DNA of 64,000 nt from Acidobacteriota bacterium (GCA_038040455.1 JBBPIH010000005.1:99614-163613); one strand, 5' to 3'; shown: positions 21,603 to 32,617, numbered from the stretch's first letter. A program made the numbers and translations. The notes: generated from the sequence alone by a model not told the origin.

Positions 21603-24602
21603 CTAAACTCCGCCGTCTCCCACCATGACGAAGCCGGCCCAGTAATAGGGCTTTAATCGGAATTGTGGTTCCTTAATCATCTGGAGAGCCGCCTGCCGAA
21701 GCGCCTCAGCCTTGGGTACTCTCTTCGCGTTTTCGTGAAAGGCAACCACTAGCCTGGCGGTGGTGTTGGATGGAACGGCCCATTGACTTGCTACAGTCGC
21801 AGGGACGCCAGCCACGAACAGCGCCCAGGTCATCCCTATCATCCCTTCGCCGGCACCAACCCGGCCCCTTGCGGTATCACAAGCCGAGAGCACGGCTAGT
21901 TCAGCCTTGAGGTCCATCTCCATCAACTCCCAGGCTTCAAGAAGCCCGTCCTCCTTTGAGTCGATGCTCGGTGCAAGAACGATGTACGAATAAAGCGGAT
22001 TCTGATTATCCAATACTCCGTGAGTTGCGAAGTGAAGCACTCTGTATCTACCTATCTCCGACTTTACAATCTCTTCCCGAGCAGCCGCACCAATGCGAAC
22101 TACAGTTGCCTGCGACCCGTACACTTCAGACGCAAGAGTCTCCACCTCTTTCTCCGTTTCTGGGAGCGGAACAAAAGGCGTATTCCGCAGTGTCTGCGCG
22201 CGTGCCAGCGCTTCGCCACCCAACGCGGGATTCGCAACAGCGTACAGCTGCGGTGTTTGAGCTTTCGATAACGAGGAATTGCCGTTCTGTTCGCTCTTGC
22301 TCAGAGGCAGTGATCGCAAGCTATCAGACCTTTTCCTCATTTCGCGAAGAACTTGAAGGGACGGAGCATAGTATATCGCGTACAGCTCCAACAGGTACTG
22401 ATCTCTGGCGTTCTGTAGCGCCTGGAAAGGAAGATTCCAGAGCGTATCATCAGGAACAATGCATACCGTATTCTTGTTGTTTAGAAACGGCTCCGCTGGT
22501 TTGATTAATAGATCATAAAGATCGAGACCGGTCTGCCTGAAGCCTGGATGATTCGTTGACAGTAGGTTCCGAAACCTCTCCACCAGAGCGGACAACGCGC
22601 TTTTCTTAATATCCATAGAGCAGACGCCGACGTTTACTTTGGCCCGAGTTGTTGAATCCCTAGTCAATACAAACAAAAATGTTCTTTCGTCTGTTACCAC
22701 GTATTCCAGAACTGTCGTCCGGGTATCTGATAGAAGCTCGCTCGCATCTTCTATAGTAAACGCGGGGAAGAGACCCCGTTTAGCTTTCAACTCCGGGTGT
22801 ACTGCGTACAGAGCTGCTTGCAATGCTTCATATGCGTTGCGGGCCTTTTGTAATCGATTCGCGAGTTCTTCTATTCGCGTTTCGTCTGGCAGCTGACGCA
22901 TCCTCTCGCCGCGAACCTGAGCATTGAGAGAAACCATTTCGCTGTACAGTTTCCGCTCTTCCGACTGCTCTCTTTGACTCAGCGACTTGTTAACGTCTAT
23001 CCGACCGTTACGGAAGACATCCAGCAACACACGTCCCTTCGCCCGCTCAGCGTACTTAAGGGCCTCTTCTGCTTTGCCTTGCTGGATGAGCATCGATACC
23101 ATTTCGAGGTAAGGAGAGATTCTATTCTCAAAGAAGAGTTGTTGCTCTTTCTCCGCACCTGCAATTTGATCTCGCATATGCTCAACTGCTTCGATTCCCT
23201 GTACGAAAGATTCGGACGCAAGCCCCTCTTCCTTTTGCGCGCGATAAGCCTTACCTTTGAGCGTTAGAGCTAAGTAATTCAGTAGGGGCGAGCGAAGTTG
23301 TCTTGCCAGGTCAGCCGCGCTACTAGCCGCAGCGCTTGATCCAGCGTAGTCACCTTGTGAATAGAACACCTGCCCTTTGCGCCAAAGAAGTTCCGTTATG
23401 CGAATCTTGTCCCCGACTGTTTGAGCGAGCGACAATGCCTTATCAAACCAAGCCGACGCTCTCGCATAATTGGCCTGCGCCTGGTACACGGACCCCAACC
23501 CCTCCTGGGCAGCGATGATTATTTCAACGGCGTCGATCTCCTCGGCCCTCTTAAGACTATCCTGAAATTCCTTTGAAGCGACTACGTACTTTCCTTGTCT
23601 GTAGTTTATTACCCCGATGTTCAAGAGGTTCCTTGCGATCTCTCGCCTATTGTTAGCCTGCATGTAGATTTTCAGACTTTGATTCACGAATTCAGAAGCC
23701 TTCAAATAATCGCCCTGTTCGATATATAAGACAGCCAGGTCGTTAAGCACGGCCGCCGTTCTGCCCTTATCGATCAATGTCTTTGCTGTATCCATTGCTT
23801 GAGACAAATAGTTTAGCGCCTGGAGATGATCACCCTTGACCTGGTACACATGACCGATCTCCGTCAAAGCATCCGCTAGGTTGCCGGCAGACCAGAAGCC
23901 GCGCTGCAGCAGTTGCTTCCACAAAGCAAGCGACCTTTTGAGATTATCAAGCGCACCGTCGTAATCGCCTTTCCACTTGGCTACCTGGCCAAGATTCGAC
24001 CACGCAATCGCAACCCCATATTCGTCGGGCAATGCACCGGCAGGCTCATTAATATTCTTTAGTGACGTCGCGCGAGCAATACTCTCCAATGAGTATTGCT
24101 CAGCCTTCAGGTAATCCGCCGCGTAAATGTGGAGCGTTCCCAGTTCACTCAGAACATAGATAAGGTCTCTGCGTGAACCAACTTCTTCGAATGCTGCTTT
24201 GCTTTGGAGGTATTCTTCTATCGCTAGTTTGATGTTGTCCTGCTCAAAATGAATGCGTCCAACCTTGTAAAGGACACGTGCGAGAACCTTCTTATCCTGT
24301 AGCTGTGCCGCCGTTGCCTTTCCGACTTCACAAAGGAACATCAATCTGGCTCTATCGCTTAGAGAGGAGGGCATAATCGCCGCCTGCAGCAAGGAATCGC
24401 AAAGTCGCGGCGTCACAAGCTCCTTGTTACCTCGCAATAACGATGAAGCCGTGAATTCATCACCTGTCTTCATCGACAGCAGCGCTGCAAGCAATTCGTC
24501 TTCGGTCCTGACCGTCTGAGTGCTCGTTGATTGAGAAAATGAGGCAATAGGTAGAAGAACAAGAAGGACAACACAAAGAAGTCGAACGGGCCTGGATAAC
24601 AT
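21603..24602 (-). CDS. Exported TPR-CHAT (caspase-like) cysteine protease
   Basis: Likely start at 24602 gives signal peptide MLSRPVRLLCVVLLVLLPIASFSQ. About 10 TPRs, AERAKGRVLLD, IVPDDTLWNLPF, HFATHG (His), LSACDT (Cys), PYYWAGF. Confidence 0.9.
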   Translation of the reverse strand: MLSRPVRLLCVVLLVLLPIASFSQSTSTQTVRTEDELLAALLSMKTGDEFTASSLLRGNKELVTPRLCDSLLQAAIMPSSLSDRARLMFLCEVGKATAAQLQDKKVLARVLYKVGRIHFEQDNIKLAIEEYLQSKAAFEEVGSRRDLIYVLSELGTLHIYAADYLKAEQYSLESIARATSLKNINEPAGALPDEYGVAIAWSNLGQVAKWKGDYDGALDNLKRSLALWKQLLQRGFWSAGNLADALTEIGHVYQVKGDHLQALNYLSQAMDTAKTLIDKGRTAAVLNDLAVLYIEQGDYLKASEFVNQSLKIYMQANNRREIARNLLNIGVINYRQGKYVVASKEFQDSLKRAEEIDAVEIIIAAQEGLGSVYQAQANYARASAWFDKALSLAQTVGDKIRITELLWRKGQVFYSQGDYAGSSAAASSAADLARQLRSPLLNYLALTLKGKAYRAQKEEGLASESFVQGIEAVEHMRDQIAGAEKEQQLFFENRISPYLEMVSMLIQQGKAEEALKYAERAKGRVLLDVFRNGRIDVNKSLSQREQSEERKLYSEMVSLNAQVRGERMRQLPDETRIEELANRLQKARNAYEALQAALYAVHPELKAKRGLFPAFTIEDASELLSDTRTTVLEYVVTDERTFLFVLTRDSTTRAKVNVGVCSMDIKKSALSALVERFRNLLSTNHPGFRQTGLDLYDLLIKPAEPFLNNKNTVCIVPDDTLWNLPFQALQNARDQYLLELYAIYYAPSLQVLREMRKRSDSLRSLPLSKSEQNGNSSLSKAQTPQLYAVANPALGGEALARAQTLRNTPFVPLPETEKEVETLASEVYGSQATVVRIGAAAREEIVKSEIGRYRVLHFATHGVLDNQNPLYSYIVLAPSIDSKEDGLLEAWELMEMDLKAELAVLSACDTARGRVGAGEGMIGMTWALFVAGVPATVASQWAVPSNTTARLVVAFHENAKRVPKAEALRQAALQMIKEPQFRLKPYYWAGFVMVGDGGV

Positions 24603-24705
24603 GGTTGGTTTGCCCGGAAAGAAATCAGACTTGAGTGAACGGTAAGGGGAAAGCAATGCTCTCCCCTCACCGAAGACAGTCATATTGTCTCGCACCCTGG
24701 TGCGC

Positions 24706-24900
24706 TCACCACAATTTACGTAGCGCGGCGGCTACGAGGGCCGCTAACTGTGCGAGTGTGAGGGATGCGCTTCCACTTGATTGTGAGTTAGAGGTATTCT
24801 GCGGCCCGCCATTCTCGGCACGAACGGCTGTCGGCTGGAAGAAAAGCCCAACTGTCAAAATGATAGCCAGGCTCAGCAGGATGGATCTGACTTTCTTCAT
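24706..24900 (-). CDS. Small secreted peptide (64 aa) upstream of the CHAT protease
   Basis: AAGGAG RBS; signal peptide ending AVRA; predicted 36-aa mature ENGGPQNTSNSQSSGSASLTLAQLAALVAAALRKLW. Confidence 0.75.
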   Translation of the reverse strand: MKKVRSILLSLAIILTVGLFFQPTAVRAENGGPQNTSNSQSSGSASLTLAQLAALVAAALRKLW

Positions 24901-25154
24901 GGCATCTCCTTAAGTGATCGGGATTTCAACACCGCTTGATAACGGCTTTCACATCGTGAGGCGACGTTGGTCAATCTGGCTTTTGCTGATGCGTCAGCTA
25001 ATAAATGAAGGCGGCGTTGCAAGGGTCTATTGTTCTTGAGGGGCTAGTGACTTTGAATAGATCCCTTACCCAACAACCGCATACTCAAATTGTAAAAACA
25101 ACCAGTTCATAGGGCTTCCGGTGTAGCTACTGGATCGGTACAAACTTCCACTGT

Positions 25155-27110
25155 TTACGGAGCCTGTTTCAGCAAATGCTCCTGTACAAATTGCGCGATC
25201 GCGTAGAGTCTGAAATCCCGGTTCGGTTTCTTGCTCCAGTCATGACCTTCATCTTTTGCTAAGAGGTACCAGATTGGAGCTCCATTCTTCTTTGCGGCCG
25301 CGACCATTTGCTGGCCTTCCGTAGCCGGAACCCGCGGATCGTTCTTTCCTTGAATAATGAAAAGGGGCTTCTTGATTTTGTCGGCTCTATTTGCCGGTGC
25401 GGTTCGCTCTAAGAACTCTCGAATCTTTGGATCGCGCTCGTCTCCGAACTCCACCCGCTGCAAATCTCGCCTCCAACCTGCAGTGTTCTCAATAAAGGTC
25501 ACGAGATTCGATGGTCCCGAATCCGATATGGCGGCACGAATACGTTCGCTGTAGTTCGTCGCCACTGAAAGCGCCATGTAACCGCCATAGCTGGCGCCTT
25601 GGACCATGACTCGATCAGCGTCGAGATCGCCTTGCGTCTTAATCCAATCGAACAGAGCACCGATATCTTTCCAGGCGTTCATTCGGAGCACGCCGTTGTC
25701 GAGTTTATGAAAGCTCTTGCCGTAGCCCAACGAGCCGCGCACGTTTGGAAAAATGAGAACTATTCCAAGCTCATTCAGGAAATAGTTGTTGTGATATCCG
25801 AACTCCGGTCGATACTGTTCTTCGGGACCTCCGTGAATATTGATAATAACGGGTCGCTTGCCAGTGAAGGTCGCAGGCGGTCGATAGAGGAAGCCAGATA
25901 TCATCTTGCCATCGAAGCTTTTCCAACTGATCTGCCGTGGTTCGGGCAGCTTGTCCAAATCGATTCCACCAGTTACACCCTTGTACCAGTGGTCGAGGTT
26001 ACCGGTATTCGTGTCAACTGAGTACACATCATTTGGAGTACGCCGCGATCTGAAATTGAAAGCCAGGTCAACTGAGTTAGTGTGCCATTGGAGATCCGCG
26101 ATGACGCCTGCCGGCAAAGCGGGAGCGACTTTCTCCTTGCCAGTCTTCGTGTCAAGGATATGAAGTCGAGAAGCGCCATCCTGGTTAGTGACAAACGCTA
26201 AGGTTTTCCCATCTGGCGAGAGTCTCAACTCCTCGACATCCCACCTGATGTGATCCGAAAGATACTTGTACTGCTTTGTTGTAAGGTCCAGATATGCGAG
26301 ACGCCGAAAATCTGAATCACGGTCCGTAACGACGTAGACCCCACTACCATCTTTGCTGAATTGCGGATAGTCGTAATACTCGTCCGGTTTTCCCTTCTTT
26401 GGACTCAGAAGAGTCTTCTCTCCAGTTGACACATCGATTATCCAAAGAGCGCTTACTGTGTTTGAAGCAAAGTCACAAAAGACAGCCCTATGGTCATCGG
26501 CTGACCAGTCATAGGCTTTCAAGTAGTTACCTTTGCCCGCCGCCAGCAAGCGCACCGTTTTCGGATCTAGCGGGTTGATAACAGACAGGTCCACGCCATT
26601 CCCATTTGGCGGCGACGAGCTAAAGATTATTCTGTCACCTCGATTGGACCAGACCGGCTCGGTATTTCTCGACTTCCCATCTGTGATCAACGTGCTTTTG
26701 CGCGTCGAGATGTCAAAAAGATAAAACTGAAAGAAATCGTTGCCATCAGTGTGTTTGTTATAGACAAGGTATTTCGACTGCGGTTGGTAGTACACATCGT
26801 ACACACCTGTGGGAACAAACATTGAAATACCCGGGGCGCTCCCTGGTGCTGCTGTCCGCAGAATCCATGTTTCGCTCGCCGCAAGGTTCTTGAGCAACAC
26901 TTCGCGCTTAGTCTCATCCCAACCTGCGAGCCGAAATCCGTAAGCGTTTGTATAGCGGTTAACCGTTTGAGCTAGAGAGGCCGATATCTTCGGAATGCCT
27001 TCTGCGATGAGATTATCTCCTGGAACAATCTCGGCATTGTTGGCGTTTTGCCCCAGGACGCAATTCCCTGCAAGCGCCAGGACCGCCAGGATTGTAGTAA
27101 GCCTCTTCAT
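25155..27110 (-). CDS. Exported S9-family peptidase (prolyl oligopeptidase/acylaminoacyl peptidase)
   Basis: Signal peptide; beta-propeller repeats; IHGGP, PNVRGS, GASYGG (Ser), NDPRV (Asp), EGH (His). Confidence 0.92.
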   Translation of the reverse strand: MKRLTTILAVLALAGNCVLGQNANNAEIVPGDNLIAEGIPKISASLAQTVNRYTNAYGFRLAGWDETKREVLLKNLAASETWILRTAAPGSAPGISMFVPTGVYDVYYQPQSKYLVYNKHTDGNDFFQFYLFDISTRKSTLITDGKSRNTEPVWSNRGDRIIFSSSPPNGNGVDLSVINPLDPKTVRLLAAGKGNYLKAYDWSADDHRAVFCDFASNTVSALWIIDVSTGEKTLLSPKKGKPDEYYDYPQFSKDGSGVYVVTDRDSDFRRLAYLDLTTKQYKYLSDHIRWDVEELRLSPDGKTLAFVTNQDGASRLHILDTKTGKEKVAPALPAGVIADLQWHTNSVDLAFNFRSRRTPNDVYSVDTNTGNLDHWYKGVTGGIDLDKLPEPRQISWKSFDGKMISGFLYRPPATFTGKRPVIINIHGGPEEQYRPEFGYHNNYFLNELGIVLIFPNVRGSLGYGKSFHKLDNGVLRMNAWKDIGALFDWIKTQGDLDADRVMVQGASYGGYMALSVATNYSERIRAAISDSGPSNLVTFIENTAGWRRDLQRVEFGDERDPKIREFLERTAPANRADKIKKPLFIIQGKNDPRVPATEGQQMVAAAKKNGAPIWYLLAKDEGHDWSKKPNRDFRLYAIAQFVQEHLLKQAP

Positions 27111-27162
27111 GTGACTATTAAGCTATCAGGTTCTCCCGAGAGTCGTCGTTTACGTGTATTAA

Positions 27163-27188
27163 AGACGGTGACGATCGCGAGTTCTTCC
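27163..27188 (-). promoter_or_regulatory. Putative ECF promoter upstream of the S9 peptidase
   Basis: Minus strand GGAAGAA-CTCGCGATCGT-CACCGTCT, 52 bp before the ATG. Confidence 0.7.
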
Positions 27189-27413
27189 ACCCGTAATAAG
27201 ATTTTTTCGCGATGCAGCATAACTGTCAACTCTGCGACTTATATACGTCAGCAATGGGACCTCTCTCATCGCCCCTGCTAGATACCCCTAGAGTGAGGGC
27301 TATGCAGGCTTATTGCTGATGTCCCGGCATCTATCGTCGGCGACAACAGCCAACACCGAACATAAGAGTCCGACCAGAACGGCTCATCTAAAATCGCGAT
27401 CACAAGGGCTGAC

Positions 27414-27439
27414 GGAAGAATCGCTTGTCGCCACCGTCT
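27414..27439 (+). promoter_or_regulatory. Putative ECF promoter, divergent from the S9 promoter
   Basis: GGAAGAA-TCGCTTGTCGC-CACCGTCT. Confidence 0.7.
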
Positions 27440-27609
27440 TCATAATGTGGGCGAGGGACAAAGCGGTTCTCACTTCTCTTCATTCGTTCCCACGTTTGGA
27501 GAGAATAGAGATCGCGAAAGCAAATCCCGCGCTCGGCAAAGAATGACACATCCGTATTCATGGGTCCTGGCCTTGACGATGAACGATTTCTGGACCAGGA
27601 GGCATACCG

Positions 27610-27846
27610 ATGCGCAAGCGCACCGAGACCACACATAAAGCAACACGAACAATCACCATGCCTGATGAGGTTGACCTGACCACCTATAACTCGCTCGATG
27701 TTTCCTTTATGGATGGCAAGGGAAACGAGATCCTGAACCTTCAATTTCGCCGCGATGCGGACACGTTGCCCCAGTTGGCTATCAACGTAATCGGTCCGAA
27801 TGGCGACGTGATTAGCGCCCTCACTTTATTCGATCTGGAAGTATGA
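27610..27846 (+). CDS. Small hypothetical protein (78 aa)
   Basis: AGGAGG RBS 7 nt before the ATG; downstream of the promoter motif at 27414. Confidence 0.55.
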   Translation: MRKRTETTHKATRTITMPDEVDLTTYNSLDVSFMDGKGNEILNLQFRRDADTLPQLAINVIGPNGDVISALTLFDLEV

Positions 27847-28061
27847 CTGATTGCTTTGACTCGACCTAGCTGCGCCCGACTCGTAACTAGGGTAGTTTCT
27901 CGAAACTCAATTACTAGGGCTAAGCTGAATGACGTCGCATACGCGACGATGGGATCATCCGTGTCGTGCGCAAATCATGTTCGAATCGGAGCTTTGAAGA
28001 TGAAGGGAGAATCGGAAAGATGTTGTGTCCAACTGTGTACGCGCTCACCCGAACTTTTCGG

Positions 28062-31000
28062 TCAATGAAGCGACGTATCAAGCATAAACGCAGCGACCCT
28101 TATGTCTCCCACCGATAAATCTACTGCTTGTTCGCTATACCTTTGTTGAGCTTTTTCCATGGTGATTCTTGGAGCGACCTGTTTCCGATAGTCACTACCG
28201 TCCCATTGATCGCAATTAAACCAGCCCACAAGGTAGAGACCATGTTTGCACTTGTTATCCTGAAGGTAACGATCAACCAGTTGAGTCTTCATCGAATCAT
28301 CGAGATCTCGATTCCAGCAACCTTTTGTCTCTATTATCACGGTAGCAACGCCAAACGGCTCTTCCTGCATGTTGCCTGAAAGAGTGACCGCATTGACGTG
28401 AATGTCGGTTCGCTCCCCGCGATGGATTCTTACCTCTCTATTGATGACTATGCCCCTTTCGGTGAGGTCACGCTCCAATTCTCTTTTTACATAATCAGCC
28501 AAATGGTTCTCATCCTTGGGCCGAGAGACTCGTCTCCGATGTATGCGTCCAACCTCTGATCGCATCGGCTTATCAGAACTGTTGCCGCCGTCCGGCAAGT
28601 CGTTCCATAGGTCGCTAACAGCAGGGGTCTCTCCTTGAAGTCTTGTCTGCAGCCGAGTTAGCGATTCAATCACGACATCCAAGAGTTGCTGCGAGTTCTG
28701 AACGAGCCGATTATCGGTGTTACTAACTAGATTCAAAATGTATTCGGGTGATACGGGCATCCAAGTCTGCCGTCGCGCTGTATCCCAAGCTTCGCGTAGC
28801 TGCCACTTCATCCAGTCTAGCTCCGGGCAAGCATGTGCGATTCGCTGCATTCCGTGGCACGCCTCCAAAGTACCTCTCTGACGCAACTCAACCAGCACTG
28901 CGTCTCGAAGGGAACCGAGTCCACCAATTACCTCGCCAAAGAAACCATAGGAAGAGCTGGAAGGAGAGTATGGGTAGCGTCGCACGAGCCAGAGATATAG
29001 ATCGACTAATTCGTCGACGGCTAATTCGTGGAGCAGCCGCTTCGCCCTTCGGTCATTATTAGTGATGCGGCCGATGACCTCATCCCCGAACGATGGATCC
29101 GATTGCATTTGCTTCCAGACTACTCGTCGCCCGTGAATTTCACCGTGCACAGCTAGCGTGATGCCGATGACTATACCTCGCTCTCTTTCATCGTCAATCT
29201 TCGGCACTGACGAAACCGTCAACCAATTGAGATCTTGTTCTGGTGTTTCCAGCTCTATAGTGGGTCTCGCCTCAAGCGTGGCGATGATCTCCTCCGCGAA
29301 AGCCCGAGCCGACAAGCTATCGTGATCAAGAAGGTGCGCAAGTATATGGCTTGTCGTCGTAGGCTTGAGATGCTGCTCCTTAAGCTTAACGGTTAGTGAG
29401 TCGGCCAACCTTTGACTCCAACAGCACTCCACGCGACGCAACGGACAATGGTTGTGGTCCAACGCAAAGCTCGTCGCATCGATTACCACTGACTCAGACA
29501 CTTGATTTGCCAGCTTAACTAGCTTCTGATTCAATTCCCATCCATCATCTCTCAGGGGAAATAGGAGAATGACAGGTAGCCACTCTCTCCACCGGTCAGC
29601 GCCAAGCTTTGCCAGTTCTGTCGGAGACTCTTTCAGCAACAACACAAGAGCCTTGTAACCCGCCCAGGAGTCGAGAAAGATGAGCGAATCGCCTGCGATC
29701 CACCGACTCGTATCATCGCCGCAATAATGCAGGTAATCATGAGCGATTGCTATCAATCGTTGCTTCGTAGCGCCGTCCGCAGCTTTCCACCCTGGTAATT
29801 GAGTTATGTCGGCCTGATACTCGTCGCCCCAATGAACGCTAGTCGGCTCAAGGGCTAGTAACCGGCAGATCTGCCACCATCTAACAGGTTGCCCCGACTC
29901 GCAAATGTCTAAAAGAGTCAGAATCTGCTCGTGAGGTGGAGGACTGAGTACTGGTGGATTCCTTTCCTGCTGCTCAACTGTCAATTGGTGGGTATACTCC
30001 TCCCGCATGCTCCGTGCTACTTCCGAATCTAATTGAATTGGGCCGAAAAACCACCGTAATTCAACAGCCAAAGCTTTGCTCTCTTGTATCGCTCGATACA
30101 TAGTGTCAACGTGATCCGGGTCGCGCCAATCGAATACTCTGCTAAGCATACGGGCAAGAGTCGTATGTAGTATACCGGTTGCAGTTTGCAGCTTTTCTGC
30201 CATCCAGTGCAGATCCAATTGGGACAAGAAGGTGTTCTTGGACGTGGCCAGCCAGCGAAAATCCGTATTTTCATCCGTTACTGAGTTCAATAGAGCGTCC
30301 AACACTAGTCGCCGTCTTTCTTGATTTTCAAGCACGTGTTCACTCATCGACCGCCGACCAGGCCCAAACAGTCCGCGAAACGAATTATTGTCGTCGACGA
30401 TGTCGTCGAAGAATACAAGCCTGGAACGAACAGCCCGCGCGAATGATTCGATCAAGCCAGGAAGCTCTAAATTCCTCCAACCCTTAAGCATGATCTCATC
30501 AATCAAATTGCAGCAGTCGTATGACAGGTCTCGGCGGGGTTGTTGAGACTCAACCCACCGCAACGCGACGGGCAGATCGATGGGCTTCAACTTTTTCACG
30601 AGCTCATATCGAAGGAAGTATTCATAGCTGCCGCTGTAGGATTCACGGTGCACAGGCGCGAGGACTTCAAATAACGCCTGCGCACTCGGGCTATCGGGCC
30701 AGATTGCTTGAAGCGCGTAGCCCTTCAAATCCTGGTCGGGGTCCTCAGAAATATCGGCCTCAATCAGCGGCTCCAATCTTCTTTTAGTTTCGTTGTCTCC
30801 AATACGAAGCACAGCAGACGCCGCGTTAACGCGAATGCCATATGAATCAGCCCGATCAAGCGCAATATCGGCTAATTCGTTCTGAAGTTCTTTGACATCG
30901 CAGGCTTCAGCAATATCAGCAGCCGCTCGCCGACAGATTATTCCTCGCTCTTTATCTTCGAGGTACGGCAGCAGCTGGCACGCCAAACCATCGTACTTAA

Positions 31001-32385
31001 GTTTCCGGTATTGGGTCCTAATTGCAAAAGTATCGAGCAGCTGTTCTGCTTCGTATAGATTGAGAAGAGTACCTACCAAAGCCTCTCGGTCTGCGAGATC
31101 CGCAGACGCAACGTCACTCCGCAACAGAACGTCAGCCTCGACATCCATTATTCCTTGAAATAGCTTGTTCGACATTCCCCCGAGCCACGCTGCCGTCTCA
31201 TGGAGTTGGGGAATCAGCTTGCCATTAGGATCATTCGGGTGACGGAGAAGGCCAAGGATCTGGGACACTTGGATTCCGTGCTCGACGAGGTACCGCGCTG
31301 CTAAAAACTCAGCATACGTCTGATGTGCCCAGCCCATGCGGTCAGGACCTCGTGCCGAAAATAATCCAGTTGCCAGCGTTTCTCTTATCGCAGCCTCGGT
31401 ACACTCGAAGCGCATCCCTCCGGCGGCCTCCACGCCGCCACACAGTTGCTGCGCGTGCATATCGTCGGGCACGCCGCCCAGGTCGACGTCGGTCCAAACG
31501 GCATACTGGTTCGAAAAGATCATTAACGCTGCAATCCGACTAGCAACCGCGAGGCGCTGATCGCCCGTCAATGAGGTTACGCGCCTATCTTCTCGCCTTC
31601 GTTTGTCCGGCTCTTCGCACAGCCGCCGACAACCCTGCTGGTATAACTCTCTCTGAGTATTTGGGAAGCCGCCGTTCTCGTGGAAGATGTCTAGAAGAAA
31701 GCGAACGGTGATGGGCTTGACAGCTAACGGAACCACGCCGGAGCGGTCGATCTCGTCGAGGAAACGCGCTGAGTCAAGGTGATGATCTATAGCTGCCAGC
31801 TCAACATCTCGCTTCCGCAAAGGAAGGAGTTCATATACTCCAACCGCGTCTTCGCCCCAAAGCTTCCTGAAGCTATCCTCTAGGCTAGTCGGCCACTCTG
31901 CCGTTCGACACGCGATCCGAAGTCTGAGCCGATCAGTAAGGGCACTTCTGCAGCCTTTCGTCTAGGATGGAGGAAAGCGTTTCGATTCGCATCCGGGCTT
32001 CGTCAAAGCTATCGAGAAACAGATAGAGATTGTGGGTCCCTTCGAGCCAAGTAAGGAATTCAGGAGCCTCGAACACTTCACGAATTAGTCTGCTCTCTTC
32101 CCCGTAACTCCGAAGATCCTTGTGGAACAGAACTCCATCGACGGCAGCCGCTTCGATTGCTGCTTCTTCCAGTGCCGATTTCATTGTGAAGCTCTTTCCT
32201 AGTCCGGGCTCTCCCAGAAGCACCAGGCACTTCTTGGCGGAAATTGACTCGAAGATCAGTGCATTCTTGTTAAACAGGCGTTCGTACTCCGAGTCGGGAT
32301 CGGTCAAGTATCCTCCGTCAGACACGTGGAACGTGCCTCCCCTTTCGCACCAGAAACGCTTCCAATTGTGGGTTACTACTGCCAT
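28062..32385 (-). CDS. NACHT/STAND NTPase with helical repeats and C-terminal PD-(D/E)xK nuclease; frameshift near 31935
   Basis: LLGEPGLGKS (Walker A), LFLDSFDEA (Walker B). Removing one base in TGCCCTTACT joins the ORFs as CP-TDRLRLRIACRTAEW...LLPLRKRD. WAHQTYAEFLAA; C-terminal REVRI...RTDIHV...IIETKG. Confidence 0.8.
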
Positions 32386-32617
32386 CAGCAAGTAAGCTAT
32401 CAATACCGGGATCACCGAAACAAAGCAAGATCACAACAGGCTTGCTTTCTTACGAGGCAGGTTAGCGGGACGATACAGCCGTCTAAATCAGGTTATGAAT
32501 GACGAGAATCGACATCGAGACGGCTTTGCACGCCAGCGTACGCGGAATACATGCAATGGACTCGACGGTGATTAGACATGGTTAGCGCGAGATGTAGGGC
32601 AACAATAGAATAGAATA

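Noticed and set aside
27856-28068. 70-aa ORF and ACTAGGG direct repeats
   Set aside because: No RBS or motif, and the repeats are too short to distinguish from chance.
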